Of a stretch of DNA of 64,000 nucleotides, positions 17,601-26,788 are shown one piece after another; position 1 is the first letter of the stretch, and the number at the start of each line of letters is the position of its first letter. The translations under genes and the position numbers were made by a program. The notes below the pieces were generated by a model that searched no databases, was not told the DNA's origin, and saw nothing but the letters and a program-made list of their open reading frames with translations. This DNA is from Candidatus Polarisedimenticolaceae bacterium (GTDB taxonomy: Bacteria > Acidobacteriota > Polarisedimenticolia > Polarisedimenticolales > DASUFT01). The stretch spans positions 79 to 64,078 of the forward strand of contig DASUFT010000057.1 in assembly GCA_036274395.1 (NCBI GenBank), read 5' to 3'.

Positions 17601-19704
17601 GGGCCAGGGCGCTCTCTCCGTAGACGGCGAGCAGCTCGGGCGCGCCTTCGGCGGTGCCCGCCGCGCCGCCCTGAGCGAGGAGCCACAGCGGACGTGCCTC
17701 CGTCTCGTCGAAGCGTCCCTGGGCGTCGTAGGCACGCAGCACGAACTGGAGCTCGCGGGGCGCACCCTCGGCCTGCCACTCCGCCGTCCCCGCCGCGTCC
17801 ACGGGGAGGACGGCCAGGGGAGCCGCCTGCAGCGACTGTCCGTGCTCGAAGATGCGGACCTCGGAGCGCTCGACGAAGGCCAGGTAGTTGGCGTAGGTGC
17901 GGAAGCGCACCATCTCGCCCGCGGCGAGGGCGGCGGGATCCGCCGCCACGCCCAGCCGGGGGCGGGACTCCAGGTTGTCGAAGCGGAACTGGATCCTGGC
18001 GCCCTCCAGGGCCACGTCCGTGCACCGCTGCACGTCGGAGGAGCTGCGGCCGGGATCGTCGATGGGCTGACCGTCCACCGTGATGCGCATCACGTTCAGC
18101 GCGTACGGGGTCTGGGGCGTGAGCTCGCGGGTGAGGGGGGTGACGTCCACTCCCTCGTAGTCGTCCAGCGGCACCGGCTCGTCGTACACGGCCTCGGCGC
18201 GCACGAAGGACGTCTCCCCCTGCACGAAGCCGGCGTTGACCACGTCGTCCGAGGTGACGTAGCCCCGTCCCTCGTGCTCGGAGCGGGCGCTCGCCAGCTG
18301 GGGATCCTGCTTGAGGAGCTCCATGGTGCGGCGGGCGCGCGCGGCGGATAGGCCGATGTCGTCGCCGTACACGGTGGCGGTGCGGCGATCCAGGCGCTCG
18401 TTCCTGGTGTAGCCGACGAAACGCAGGCGCGGGTTGGTGCGGCCGGCGATGTCGGTCAGCGCGCGATGGAGGGCGGCGGCGAACCCGGGAGGGATCACCG
18501 GCTGGCCGTCCGCCAGGGCCACCGTGGAGAGGGGCCCCCAGGGCGGATCGTAGACCTTCGTCACCATCTCCTCGCCGGCGTCGCCGGGACAGAGCTGCGG
18601 CTCGTCCGGCAGCTCCTGGAGAGGGTCGTCGTACCAGAACTCCACCTCCACGCGGCGGTTGAGCGTCCGCCCCTGCGCGGTGTCGTTTCCGGCCAGGGGA
18701 TGGGAGGTGCCCCGGCCGTCGCTCTCCACCGAGGAGGAGGAGAGGGACAGCGCCTCCTGCATGGCCAGGGCCACCCGGTGCGCTCTCGCCTTGGACAGGG
18801 AGAGGTGGTCGCCGTAGATGCGCTCGTCACGGGCGTTCAGCGCGCCATCGTCGGTGTAGCCGATGAAGCGGACGCGCAGGCCCTGCTTGTCGTGGAGGTT
18901 GGCCACCGCCTGCCGGACCTGCTTGGTGAACTCCTCGGAGATGGGCGTGGTCTCGTCCTCGTAGCGCAGGGGCAGGACCAGGTTCTTGACCCGGGAGCGC
19001 CGGGCGGCTCCTTCCCTGTAGCGCAGCTTGCAGACGGTCTCCATCCGGCAGACCTTGATGCGCTTGAGGTCGTCGCTGACCACGACCTCCTCTTCCTTCA
19101 CGGCCTCCCGCACCTCGTCGTACCAGACCTCCACCTCCACCCGCCGGTTCTGGGCCCGTCCTTCCTCGCTGTCGTTTCCGGCCAGGGGCTGGGTATCGCC
19201 CATCCACTCGTAGGTGATGGCCTCGGGAGGCAGGCCCAGGCTCTTCTTGAAGTACTCGGCCACCTCGCCCGCCCGCTCCCGGGAGAGGCCGGCGTTGTCC
19301 CCGAACACCTCCTTGAGGGCGGGGGAGAGCCGCTGCGTGTCCGCGTGGCCCACGAAGTGGACGCGCACGTTCTTCCGGTAGCGCATGCTCTCCAGGATGC
19401 GGGCCAGCTTCTCCACGTAGTCGGGCGGGATCTTGGCCACGCCGGACTGGAAGTGGATGGGGGGCACCACGTTCTTCAGCTTGACGGTCTCCAGCTTCTC
19501 CGCCGGAACCTGGCGGACCTCCAGCCGGTCGCCGCGCTCCTTGCCCAGCAGCTCCGGGTCCTGCGTCCACTGCCCGAAGGTCTGATCGCCGGAGATGTGC
19601 CGCTCCACCGGCTCTCCGGGGGCGGTCGTGTCCACGGGAGCGGCCCCCGCCGAGGCGGTCAGGAGCAGTGCTCCCATCAGAGAGAGGCGACGGTGTGTGC
19701 GCAT
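14692..19704 (-). CDS. Giant outer-membrane protein (1670 aa) with three tandem OmpA-like peptidoglycan-binding domains and a C-terminal region of about 1200 aa predicted to be beta-rich
   Basis: The start was trimmed to MRTHRRLSLMGALLLTASAGA (ATG at 19704, GGAGG upstream). OmpA-type blocks are VHFVGHADTQ...NRRVEVEVWY, VRFIGYTDDG...NRRVEVEFWY and a degenerate third block LRFVGYTRNE. The rest has an alternating Y/F/G/D/N-rich, beta-strand-like composition up to GAFFNLVGSM-stop. Confidence 0.85.
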   Translation of the reverse strand: MRTHRRLSLMGALLLTASAGAAPVDTTAPGEPVERHISGDQTFGQWTQDPELLGKERGDRLEVRQVPAEKLETVKLKNVVPPIHFQSGVAKIPPDYVEKLARILESMRYRKNVRVHFVGHADTQRLSPALKEVFGDNAGLSRERAGEVAEYFKKSLGLPPEAITYEWMGDTQPLAGNDSEEGRAQNRRVEVEVWYDEVREAVKEEEVVVSDDLKRIKVCRMETVCKLRYREGAARRSRVKNLVLPLRYEDETTPISEEFTKQVRQAVANLHDKQGLRVRFIGYTDDGALNARDERIYGDHLSLSKARAHRVALAMQEALSLSSSSVESDGRGTSHPLAGNDTAQGRTLNRRVEVEFWYDDPLQELPDEPQLCPGDAGEEMVTKVYDPPWGPLSTVALADGQPVIPPGFAAALHRALTDIAGRTNPRLRFVGYTRNERLDRRTATVYGDDIGLSAARARRTMELLKQDPQLASARSEHEGRGYVTSDDVVNAGFVQGETSFVRAEAVYDEPVPLDDYEGVDVTPLTRELTPQTPYALNVMRITVDGQPIDDPGRSSSDVQRCTDVALEGARIQFRFDNLESRPRLGVAADPAALAAGEMVRFRTYANYLAFVERSEVRIFEHGQSLQAAPLAVLPVDAAGTAEWQAEGAPRELQFVLRAYDAQGRFDETEARPLWLLAQGGAAGTAEGAPELLAVYGESALARHAIPLQGGTVKVQGGGIPAGHTVWVAGRQVPLDPAGNFAAEEILPAGAHTVEVAVLDDAGNGSLYLRDLEFKRKDLFYVGMADLTLSENRSDGPAEELQGANAPQPFDSGLDGRFAFYVNGKVTEHWHLTASADTREGPFKDIFSNFLDKSPDALFRRIDPEDHYPTFGDDSVVEEMAPTLGKFYVKATRGQNYGLWGNFKVGYLENELAHVDRGLYGANAHYVSENATGFGERRFAADAFAAEPGTVSSYEEYRGTGGSLYFLRHQDILQGSERVRVEIRDKDSGIVTGVVPLRPVMDYDIDYLQGRLLLTQPLSSTADDNLLVRTSGLSGDEAHLVVRYEYTPGFDELDAMAVGGQGHYWFGDHVRLGVTANSNEEGDVDSTLGAADLTLRMSTESFFKVQTGRSEGLVSSSLRSDDGGFVFQGPADASFTDADAGAYRADLSVGLGDFFQGNKGRVTLYSQNIEAGYSAPGQATLKETEVRGGTFRMPVTDRFSLAAKGDQRTEDQGVETRALEVNAGYQLTPRWNVSGGVRNDLRKDSSPVVPLTQELGERTDAVVQAKFDPGTNWRAYGFVQETVSTKDNRPDNGRVGAGGSYSPTKRFRIDGEVSDGDLGAGGRLGTNFLVSERTSLYFNYSLENERTDNGLQVRRGTLVSGAKRRLSDASSVYVEERYQDAGSLSGLTHATGIHLVARERWNLGANAEFGTLVDSRTAAETDRRAAGFRVGYGLEKIQLASGVEYRRDDVEQIDTTHTERTAWLFRNNFKYQATPSWRVLGKLDHSFSDSSLGDFYDGGYTEAVIGYAYRPVTHDRMNALVKYTYFYNVPTTDQVIFRNVPVEFLQKSHIGAVDLSYGLTRDWDIGGKVAYRLGQVSLDRQQRDFFDNAARFAAVRADWRFRQGWESLLEVRTLNLPDVRQRRAGAVFTLYRSLGKHLKVGAGYNFTDFSDDLTDLGYDHQGAFFNLVGSM

Positions 19705-19709
19705 GCCGC

Positions 19710-22700
19710 TCACCTCCCCTGCCTCAGGCGGGCATCCGGCTGCTTGGGGGGGCCGCCGCGCCGCCAGAAGATCTCGGGCTCGATGGCCAGGGGATAGCCG
19801 CTGTCGGCGCCCCAGGCATCGGTGAGCTCCCGCTTGACCGCCTCCAGGCGCCGGTGCACCAGGTCCGCCTCCTCGGTGTCGGCGACGTAGGAGAGGCGGA
19901 GCACGGCGGGCGCCTTGCGCAGCTCGTCCAGCAGCAGCTGCAGGCGCGGCTTCCACTGCACGCGGATCTCCGTGCTGCCGGGCTCGAAGGCGGGATCGGA
20001 GAGGTCGAGGGCCACCACCCGGTGAATGGAGGCGCCGAAGTCCATGAGCAGGGCCTTGCCGCGGGTGGCGCGCTTCACCAGCACCTGGTCGGTGGACAAG
20101 CGGAAGCCGCTGGGCAGCGTGCGGTCGTCGAGCTTGAGCACGAAGTTGCTGCCGCGGTACTCGTTGGGCACGATGGCGCAGGTGATGTGATAACGGCCGA
20201 AGGGGTCGGTGATGGCCTGCAGGCCCTGCACCGTGGCCAGGCGGACGCCGGGCAGGCCGTCCTCCCCCTCTTCCTGGCGGCCGTTGCGGTTCCTGTCGTT
20301 GAAGACCTTGCCCATCACGTCGGTGCAGTCGAGCGTGGGATCGGGCACCACCCGCACGGTGGCGGTGGCCTCGCCGGAGATGGCGGCGCCGGTCACGCCC
20401 TCCACCACCTGGGCCCGGTTCACGTACTCGCCCTCGGTGATGCCGGCGCCGGCGGCCAGGAGCAGCTTGACCGTGCTCACCTGGGTTCCCGCCAGGACCA
20501 GGCCGTTCCACCGGAGCTCGCGGCCCGCCACCGCCGGCTCCACGGGAACGCCGTCGAGGACGGCGGAGCCGGGAACGTAGGTGAAGCCCGCCGGGAAGCG
20601 ATCCACCAGGGTGACGTCGGTGAGGAGCAGGCCGGCGACGTTGTTGAGGGTGATCGTGTAGGGCACGAGCTGGCCGCGCGTCACGTCCAGCAGGGGCGTG
20701 GTCTTGGAGATGGCGACCGAGCCGTCCAGCACCGGATCCAGGGGGATGTGGTTGTTGAAGATCTCGCTGGAGCCGGGAGTGCGGCTGCTGTCCAGGCGCA
20801 GGTGCAGGTGGTGGACGGTGCCCACCGTGCGCGCGGGCACCGCCGCCGCCGGCGCCAGCTCCGACGGCTGCACCTCGCAGTAGAGCGGCGTGGCCGGGAT
20901 GGCGTCGTCGGGGCTCATCGGGCAGGTGGGGACCGAGAAGGCTCCCGGGACGGGGGGGATGATCTGCGACTGGCCGGTGACGTAACCGCCTCCCGGGGGA
21001 GGGGTGACATCGATCAGGTACTCGCCGCCGCTGGGACAGGCGGGGTCGCTGAAGTTGACGTCGAACTTGTAGTAGCCGCCGGCCAGGGTGATCTGTCCCT
21101 GCTGGGCGCTGTCGTCGAAGCAGCTCACGGGCAAGGGGGAGCCGCCGAGGTCGCGCAGGGTGAGGGTGACGCCGGCGATGGGGACGCGCGCCATGGAGTT
21201 GTAGACCACGCCGTTGGGATCGATGGGAAGGTTCAGGTTCTGCAGGTTGGCGTCGGGCGGCACCACGATGTCGCTGATCTGCTGCGGCCCGTTGGTGAAG
21301 ACGGAGGAGGCCCGGCCCAGCATGGCCGTGCGCGCACCCGCGCCGGGAGCACGGAAGCGGATCTCGTAGCGCACGCCCGTGCCCTGGTTGGGCTCCACGC
21401 CCAGGATCTGGTAGACGCCGTTCCCATCGGTGACGGAGGTGTGCACCAGGACGCCGTCGCGGTACAGGTCCACCGCCCAGCCCGAAAGCGGCCGCTCGCC
21501 GAGATCGCGCCCATCGTCGAAGTCGGCGTCGTGCCAGGCGGCGCCGTGCAGCGCGGCCACGCCGGGGATGCCACCGACCACGATGGAGACGCTGGCGCTC
21601 GCCGTCTGGGTGGGCGTGTTCCAGGTGACCACACCGGTGTTGGTCACCACCGTCCCCTGCGCCAGGCCCGCGTCGAGCGTGGCCCGGAAGCGGAGGACGA
21701 CGCTCTCGCCGGGCTCGAGGGGACCGCTCACCGCGTTGTAATCGGCGGTGATCGTGGAGCCGGCCACGGTGACCCCGGCGGTGGCGCCGTTCATGGTGGC
21801 CGAGCCGGTCACGTAGGCGAGCTGCCCCGCGGGCAAGGTGTCCGTGAGCACCACGCTGAAGGCGGGAACGGCGGCGATGTTCAGGACGCGGACGGTGTAT
21901 TCCAGCTCCGCGCCGGGCATGGCGGCACCGCCGCCCACCACCGTCACCTGCTTGCTGATGGAGAGCTGCTGGCCGGCGCCCACCACCACCACCGTCGGCT
22001 CGGGACCGGTGGCCGGGTTGCCGTCACCGTCGGTGAGGAGGTCGGGGAGCTCGACGCTGTCCACCACCGCCTGGTTGCTGATCAGCGTGCCCCCGGGCGT
22101 GCCCAGGTTGACGCGGAGGTCGAACTGGAGGGTGGCGGTGGCGCCGGAGGCGATGGTGCCCACGGCGATCCCGGAAGCGAGCGGGGAAACGCCGCCGTCC
22201 GGCTGACCCACCGGGGCTCCGTTCAAGTAGGTGGAGTTCGCCACGTAGGTCGTGTTCGCCGGCACCTGGTCGGTGAGGACCACGCCCGTGGCCGGGGTGG
22301 GGGCGGAGTTCTGGATGGTGATCGTGTAGCGGAGCGTGTCGCCGGGATCGACGATCCCCGGCGAGCCCAGGTCCACGGACAGGGCCACCCGCTTCTCCGC
22401 GTAGAGGAGGGGGAAGTTGCCGACGATGTCCCGGGTGGGGTCGTTGGCGACCGGCGTGTCCGGATCGTCGGAGGGCACGTCCACCACGCCCTGGCCCACG
22501 GCGGAGACGAAGCCCTGGTTGGAGATGACGGTGCCGTCCACGACGCCGGGGTCCACCACCACGTCGAAGGTGATCGTGGCCACGCCACCGACGGGGATGT
22601 TGCCGATGGGCATGCCGTTGACGAGCGGCGAGAGGCCGCCGGAGTCCGCCACCGCCGTCCCGTTCAGGGTGGTGCTCCCCGCCACGTAGGCCGTGTTCAC

Positions 22701-24725
22701 GGGGATGGCGTCGCGCAGCACGACGCCGGTGGCGGCACCGTTCCCGGTGTTCCGGACGGTGATCGTGTAGCGCAGCGTCTCCCCGGCCAGGAGGACGTTG
22801 GGGTCGCCCGTGAGGTCGGTGGAGATCTTCTGCACGAGGAACGCGGGGGAGGCCTGGATGGTGAGACGGGTGGGGTCCTCGTCTCCGGCCACGTCCGGGT
22901 CGGCGATTCCGTTCACGTTGGGGTCGTCGCTCAGGGCGAAGACCGTGTTGTTGGGGAGGCGGAGGGTGGCCTGATCGGCCACCACGGTGCCGTTGACCAG
23001 GCCCGCCGCCAGGGTGATGTCGAACTGGATCACCACCTGGCCGTCGGCGGGCAGACTGAGGCCGCCCACGTCGAGCACCCCGGTGCCGCGGACACCACCG
23101 CTGGGGTTGGTGCCGCTGGTGTTGGCCCCGGGCGGGACGGTGACGAGCGCGAGCGAACCCGGGACGAAGGACGCCTGTGCGTTCAGCGCATCCATCTCGT
23201 CGACGATGCGGAAGCTCTGCAGTCCCTGGTCGGTGGAGCGGAAGCGCAGGGTGTAGCGCAGCCGGTCCCCCGGCGCCGCCGTGGTCGCGGGGTCGGCACC
23301 GCTGGTGAGATCGGCCACCGTCTTCTCGAAGAAGAAGCCGGTGAGGGCCACCGTCACGGTGTGCGCGTCCTCGTGGTCGGAGATGCCCACGGTGCCGTTG
23401 GTCAGGGTGCGGTCGTAGGCCACACGCTCTGGGTTGCTGGCGTCACCGTTGAACCACTGAATGGCGCCCGCCACGTTGGTGAGGGCGACGCCGTCCTGGG
23501 TGTTCCCGTCCAGCACCGTCCGGTAGCGGACGATCAGTCGCTCGCCCGCACCGATGACGGATGCCGGCGTGAGCATGCGCAGGTCGAGCCGGCAGGTGGG
23601 CGCTCCGGTCCAGCTCAGCGTGTAGTCCACACCGGCGTTCAGGGGTCCCTTGCCGGGCACCGGCGTGACACCGTCGGCGGCGAAGACCTGGGCGCTCTGG
23701 ATCTGGGGCGCCTGGTCGCACATGCCGCCGTTCGGTCCGTCCGGGAGGAGGTCCCGGACGGAGGCGTTCCAGGCTTCGCCGAGCCCGGTGTTGCGCACGT
23801 CGAGGACGAAGTCGCCCCACTGCCCGAGGTTCATGGTGGCGGGGCCGGACTTGTCGAAGATCAGCACCGGGGCCGCGATCGTCAGGGGCGGCGAGATGCC
23901 CCACTCGCCGGGCAACGGCTCGTAGAAGGTGCCCGAGATGAGTCGGCCGAAGTCCCACTTGGCGGTGTTGACGAAGGTGGTGCCGGGCACGTTGACGGCC
24001 GGGTTGTCGTTGAGGACCGCGGTGAGCTCGATGACGAACTGGCGGCCGGCCACGACGATGGGGATGTTGTCCCAGGTGAGGAAGCCCCCCACGTTGGTGA
24101 AGGTGTGGGGAACGGGTGTTCCGTCGTCCTCCCAGTAGATGTTGTAGCCGACCAGGCTGAGATCGACGCCGGTGGCGTTGAGGTCGTCCCAGACCGTGAT
24201 GCTGTGCAGATCGTTGAGGCTGCCCTGGTTGTCGATGATGGTGCCGTCGGCGGGGTTGAAGAGGACGGGGATGATCATCTTCCAGGTGAAGGGGACGCCG
24301 ATGGTGGCGGTGGTCCGGTTCGTGGGGACGTTCTGCTTGTCGATCTTCTCGACGGGAATGAGGAGGGCGAGGCAATTCTCCTGGACCGTGGTGGACGCGC
24401 TGTTGACGAACCAGATGAAGTTCCCCTGAGCGCTGAGGTTGCAGGACATGTTGCCGGTGTGCACGACGTTGTCGAAGATGAGCAGCCAGCTGGTGGGATT
24501 GTTGCCGAACCAGCTGATGTTGGAGGTGAGGGGATTGGAGGCGGGATAGTTCCGGATGGTGCAGGGGCCGTCGATGTTGATCTGAGGGGGGGGCACGGGG
24601 TAGTTGACGAAGCCGTCGATCACCCCCCCGGCGTCGGCCACGCAGTCGATCGCCCATGCCGGGACGGCGGAGAGCGCCGCCAGCGCGAAGGCGACGAACA
24701 GGATTCCCAGCCGGCGTGCACTCAT
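19710..24725 (-). CDS. Giant secreted adhesin-like protein (1671 aa) with multiple DUF11 repeat domains and SdrD B-like / Cna-B-like domains
   Basis: The start was trimmed to MSARRLGILFVAFALAALSAVPAWA (ATG at 24725). DUF11-type units include LRYTITVRNTGNGAATGVVLRDAIPVNTAYVAGS, LRYTITIQNSAPTPATGVVLTDQVPANTTYV and LEYTVRVLNIAAVPAFSVVLTDTLPAG. SdrD-B-like units include HGAAWHDADFDDGRDLGERPLSGWAVDLYRDG and GKVFNDRNRNGRQEEGEDGLPGVRL. The stop lies 5 nt before the next start. Confidence 0.88.
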   Translation of the reverse strand: MSARRLGILFVAFALAALSAVPAWAIDCVADAGGVIDGFVNYPVPPPQINIDGPCTIRNYPASNPLTSNISWFGNNPTSWLLIFDNVVHTGNMSCNLSAQGNFIWFVNSASTTVQENCLALLIPVEKIDKQNVPTNRTTATIGVPFTWKMIIPVLFNPADGTIIDNQGSLNDLHSITVWDDLNATGVDLSLVGYNIYWEDDGTPVPHTFTNVGGFLTWDNIPIVVAGRQFVIELTAVLNDNPAVNVPGTTFVNTAKWDFGRLISGTFYEPLPGEWGISPPLTIAAPVLIFDKSGPATMNLGQWGDFVLDVRNTGLGEAWNASVRDLLPDGPNGGMCDQAPQIQSAQVFAADGVTPVPGKGPLNAGVDYTLSWTGAPTCRLDLRMLTPASVIGAGERLIVRYRTVLDGNTQDGVALTNVAGAIQWFNGDASNPERVAYDRTLTNGTVGISDHEDAHTVTVALTGFFFEKTVADLTSGADPATTAAPGDRLRYTLRFRSTDQGLQSFRIVDEMDALNAQASFVPGSLALVTVPPGANTSGTNPSGGVRGTGVLDVGGLSLPADGQVVIQFDITLAAGLVNGTVVADQATLRLPNNTVFALSDDPNVNGIADPDVAGDEDPTRLTIQASPAFLVQKISTDLTGDPNVLLAGETLRYTITVRNTGNGAATGVVLRDAIPVNTAYVAGSTTLNGTAVADSGGLSPLVNGMPIGNIPVGGVATITFDVVVDPGVVDGTVISNQGFVSAVGQGVVDVPSDDPDTPVANDPTRDIVGNFPLLYAEKRVALSVDLGSPGIVDPGDTLRYTITIQNSAPTPATGVVLTDQVPANTTYVANSTYLNGAPVGQPDGGVSPLASGIAVGTIASGATATLQFDLRVNLGTPGGTLISNQAVVDSVELPDLLTDGDGNPATGPEPTVVVVGAGQQLSISKQVTVVGGGAAMPGAELEYTVRVLNIAAVPAFSVVLTDTLPAGQLAYVTGSATMNGATAGVTVAGSTITADYNAVSGPLEPGESVVLRFRATLDAGLAQGTVVTNTGVVTWNTPTQTASASVSIVVGGIPGVAALHGAAWHDADFDDGRDLGERPLSGWAVDLYRDGVLVHTSVTDGNGVYQILGVEPNQGTGVRYEIRFRAPGAGARTAMLGRASSVFTNGPQQISDIVVPPDANLQNLNLPIDPNGVVYNSMARVPIAGVTLTLRDLGGSPLPVSCFDDSAQQGQITLAGGYYKFDVNFSDPACPSGGEYLIDVTPPPGGGYVTGQSQIIPPVPGAFSVPTCPMSPDDAIPATPLYCEVQPSELAPAAAVPARTVGTVHHLHLRLDSSRTPGSSEIFNNHIPLDPVLDGSVAISKTTPLLDVTRGQLVPYTITLNNVAGLLLTDVTLVDRFPAGFTYVPGSAVLDGVPVEPAVAGRELRWNGLVLAGTQVSTVKLLLAAGAGITEGEYVNRAQVVEGVTGAAISGEATATVRVVPDPTLDCTDVMGKVFNDRNRNGRQEEGEDGLPGVRLATVQGLQAITDPFGRYHITCAIVPNEYRGSNFVLKLDDRTLPSGFRLSTDQVLVKRATRGKALLMDFGASIHRVVALDLSDPAFEPGSTEIRVQWKPRLQLLLDELRKAPAVLRLSYVADTEEADLVHRRLEAVKRELTDAWGADSGYPLAIEPEIFWRRGGPPKQPDARLRQGR

Positions 24726-24908
24726 CCTCTCCCCCGTCGCGACAGGGAGGGACCGGGGAACACGTCCACGCCGTCCGTGGAGGGGATTCCGGCGGTCCCG
24801 CTGTCCTGGGGCCCCCGGGGGCCCGTTAGACCGGTGACTTTGCGTCGCCACCTTTCGATGGCTTTGCCTTTGTCAGAATCGATTCCAGCGCGCGCTGTTA
24901 CATGCTCG

Positions 24909-25892
24909 TCATGCCGCCGGCAGGAAGTCGATCGGGTAGACGATCGTCAGCGCCGGCACTCCTTCCTTGGCTCCGAAGTTGATGGTCTTCACCCGGTTCA
25001 CCACCTGGTCGGCGAGCGCGGGCGCGTCCATGTCGGACGACTGCAGCGCGCACATGGACACGCTGCCGTCGGGCTCGATGGTCAGGCGCAGCACCATCTG
25101 ACCCTGCAAGGTGGGGTCGTTGCGCAGCTCGCGGTTGTAGAGCCGGTAGAACGACGCCTTGTAGCGGTCGAAGACGATCTGGATCTCCTCGTCGGTCCGG
25201 GAAGGTCCCACGCCGCCGTGCGACAGCGGCCGGTCGCCCCCGCCGATCCTGGCGATGGGGCTGCCCACCTTGCCCACCTGCACGCCGCCGATCCCGTCGC
25301 CGGTACCGCCGCCGCCGCCGCCGCCGCCGGTGCCCCGGCCGCCTCCGCGGCTTCCCAGGCTGCGCGTCAGGGAGGCCAGGTTGATGCCGCCGCTCCCCGG
25401 GTTGTTGGTGGTGAGCAGGGCGCGGGATGCGGACTGGCTCATCTCGGCGGCGTCGCCGTAGCGCGCGTCCGCCCCCAGCTTCGGCGAGTTCTTCTCCTGG
25501 GCCAGGCTCGCCAGCTGGTCCTTGTAGGCCAGGATGCCGGCCCGTCCCACCTTCTTCTCGGGCGTGGCCTCCCCCTGGGCGGCGGCCTCGATCTCCTGGA
25601 ACGGCTCCCGGGGCGCGGGCGCTCTCGGCACGGGCGGCGCCACGGGAAGCGCGGCCGGCTTGCTCGGCTCCTGCCGCACCCCGGCCGTCAGGTCCCGGGG
25701 GGGAGGCAGCGGCCTCTGCGGCGCCTGGATCCGCGGCAGGAGGCGGCGGAAGACCACGTCCACCTCCCGGGGGCGTGTGCTGTGGTGCAGCACCTTGGCA
25801 GGCACCAGCGCCAGGATGCCGAAGACGAGCCCGTGCACCACCAAGCTCTGCAGCATGCTGCGGGCGGAGGTCGTCCTGGGAGACATGCTCAC
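24909..25892 (-). CDS. TonB-like energy-transducer homolog (327 aa) with an N-terminal anchor, a Pro-rich then Gly-rich linker, and an AgmX/PglI-type C-terminal domain
   Basis: TM segment LVVHGLVFGILALV. The Pro-rich stretch is PQRPLPPPRD...PVAPPVPRAPAP and the Gly run is GGGRGTGGGGGGGGTGDG. The C-terminal part reads IQIVFDRYKASFYRLYNRELRNDPTLQGQMVLRLTIEPDGSV...VVNRVKTINFGAKEGVPALTIVYPIDF. Confidence 0.8.
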   Translation of the reverse strand: MSMSPRTTSARSMLQSLVVHGLVFGILALVPAKVLHHSTRPREVDVVFRRLLPRIQAPQRPLPPPRDLTAGVRQEPSKPAALPVAPPVPRAPAPREPFQEIEAAAQGEATPEKKVGRAGILAYKDQLASLAQEKNSPKLGADARYGDAAEMSQSASRALLTTNNPGSGGINLASLTRSLGSRGGGRGTGGGGGGGGTGDGIGGVQVGKVGSPIARIGGGDRPLSHGGVGPSRTDEEIQIVFDRYKASFYRLYNRELRNDPTLQGQMVLRLTIEPDGSVSMCALQSSDMDAPALADQVVNRVKTINFGAKEGVPALTIVYPIDFLPAA

Positions 25893-25893
25893 C

Positions 25894-26361
25894 TCATTCC
25901 ACCGGGATCACGCCGATCTTCAGGTCGGCGGCGCCGGCCTTGGCGAGATCGACGATGCGCAGCACGCCTTCGTAGTTCAGCCGGTCATCGGCGGCGAGGA
26001 ACAGCAGGCGCTGGTCCGGGGGCTGGCTGCTCACGAGCTCCTTGATGCGTGCCGTCAGCTGGGAGGCGGGGATCTCCTGATCGGCGAGCCCCACCCGGCA
26101 GTCGGTGGGAAGACCGTCCCCTGACGGAGGCTCCAGGATGCCGCAGGTGTCGGGCAGGACGCTGAGGATGAGCTGCGGTGCGTCCTCCTGCACGGGGACG
26201 GCCTCGGCGGACGTGCGCGGGATGTTCACGTTGTACCCCTGCATGGCCAGGGGGACCACCACCATGAAGATGATGAGCAGCACGAGCACCACGTCCACCA
26301 GGGGCGTGACGTTGATCTCGGACTGCAGGCCGGAACCGGGCGCGCCTCCGTTGAGCTGCAT
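25894..26361 (-). CDS. ExbD/TolR-family protein (155 aa)
   Basis: EINVTPLVDVVLVLLIIFMVV is the hallmark ExbD/TolR N-terminus. There is a 1-nt gap to the TonB-like start. Confidence 0.9.
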   Translation of the reverse strand: MQLNGGAPGSGLQSEINVTPLVDVVLVLLIIFMVVVPLAMQGYNVNIPRTSAEAVPVQEDAPQLILSVLPDTCGILEPPSGDGLPTDCRVGLADQEIPASQLTARIKELVSSQPPDQRLLFLAADDRLNYEGVLRIVDLAKAGAADLKIGVIPVE

Positions 26362-26365
26362 GACG

Positions 26366-26788
26366 TCACTTCCCTCGCGCCTGGCCGGCGCGCTGCGCGA
26401 TCAGCCCCACGTCCTTGAAGCCGGCCTCCTCCACCGCGTTCATGGTGCGGCGGACGTCGCCGAAGCGAAGGCTGGCATCCCCCTGGATCACCACCTTGGT
26501 GTCCTCCATGCCCCCCGCCGCCTGGCGAAGGCTGTCGGCGAAGCGATCGGGGGTGACCTGCTGGTCGTCGATCCACAGGGCGCCCTGGGCGTCGATCGTG
26601 ACCAGGAGGCGGTCGCGGGCGTCCCCCTGCTCGGGGGGAGTGCCCGTCTTCGGCAGGTCGACCTCCGGGCCGGGCTTCATCATGCCCGGGGCCACCACCA
26701 TGAAGATGATGAGCAGCACGAGCACCACGTCCACCAGGGGGGTGACGTTGATGGACGCCTGCATGCGGGATGGCTCACCGGGCCGCAT
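26366..26788 (-). CDS. ExbD/TolR-family protein (140 aa, or 132 aa from the internal ATG at 26764)
   Basis: SINVTPLVDVVLVLLIIFMVV is followed by a periplasmic domain, LLVTIDAQGALWIDDQQV...VVIQGDASLRFGDVRRTMNAVEEAGF. Confidence 0.9.
   Translation of the reverse strand: MRPGEPSRMQASINVTPLVDVVLVLLIIFMVVAPGMMKPGPEVDLPKTGTPPEQGDARDRLLVTIDAQGALWIDDQQVTPDRFADSLRQAAGGMEDTKVVIQGDASLRFGDVRRTMNAVEEAGFKDVGLIAQRAGQARGK

Noticed and set aside
24809-24824. Perfect 16-bp palindrome GGGCCCCCGGGGGCCC, and a GAATCGATTC palindrome at 24876..24885, between the TonB-like and adhesin genes
   Set aside because: These could be a small terminator or a protein-binding site separating the motor operon from the adhesin pair. 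However, pure G/C palindromes of this size are expected by chance in this composition. I see no second copy and no promoter-like context, so I did not annotate them.
10528-26045. Long antisense or off-frame ORFs over the M14, OmpA and DUF11 genes (10528..12468, 10724..14062, 14728..18351, 15365..18025, 19668..26045 and many smaller ones)
   Set aside because: Their composition is dominated by G/R/A/V/H/P and they have no recognisable domains. They lie exactly opposite, or out of frame with, genes that carry strong family motifs, which is typical of 70% GC DNA.
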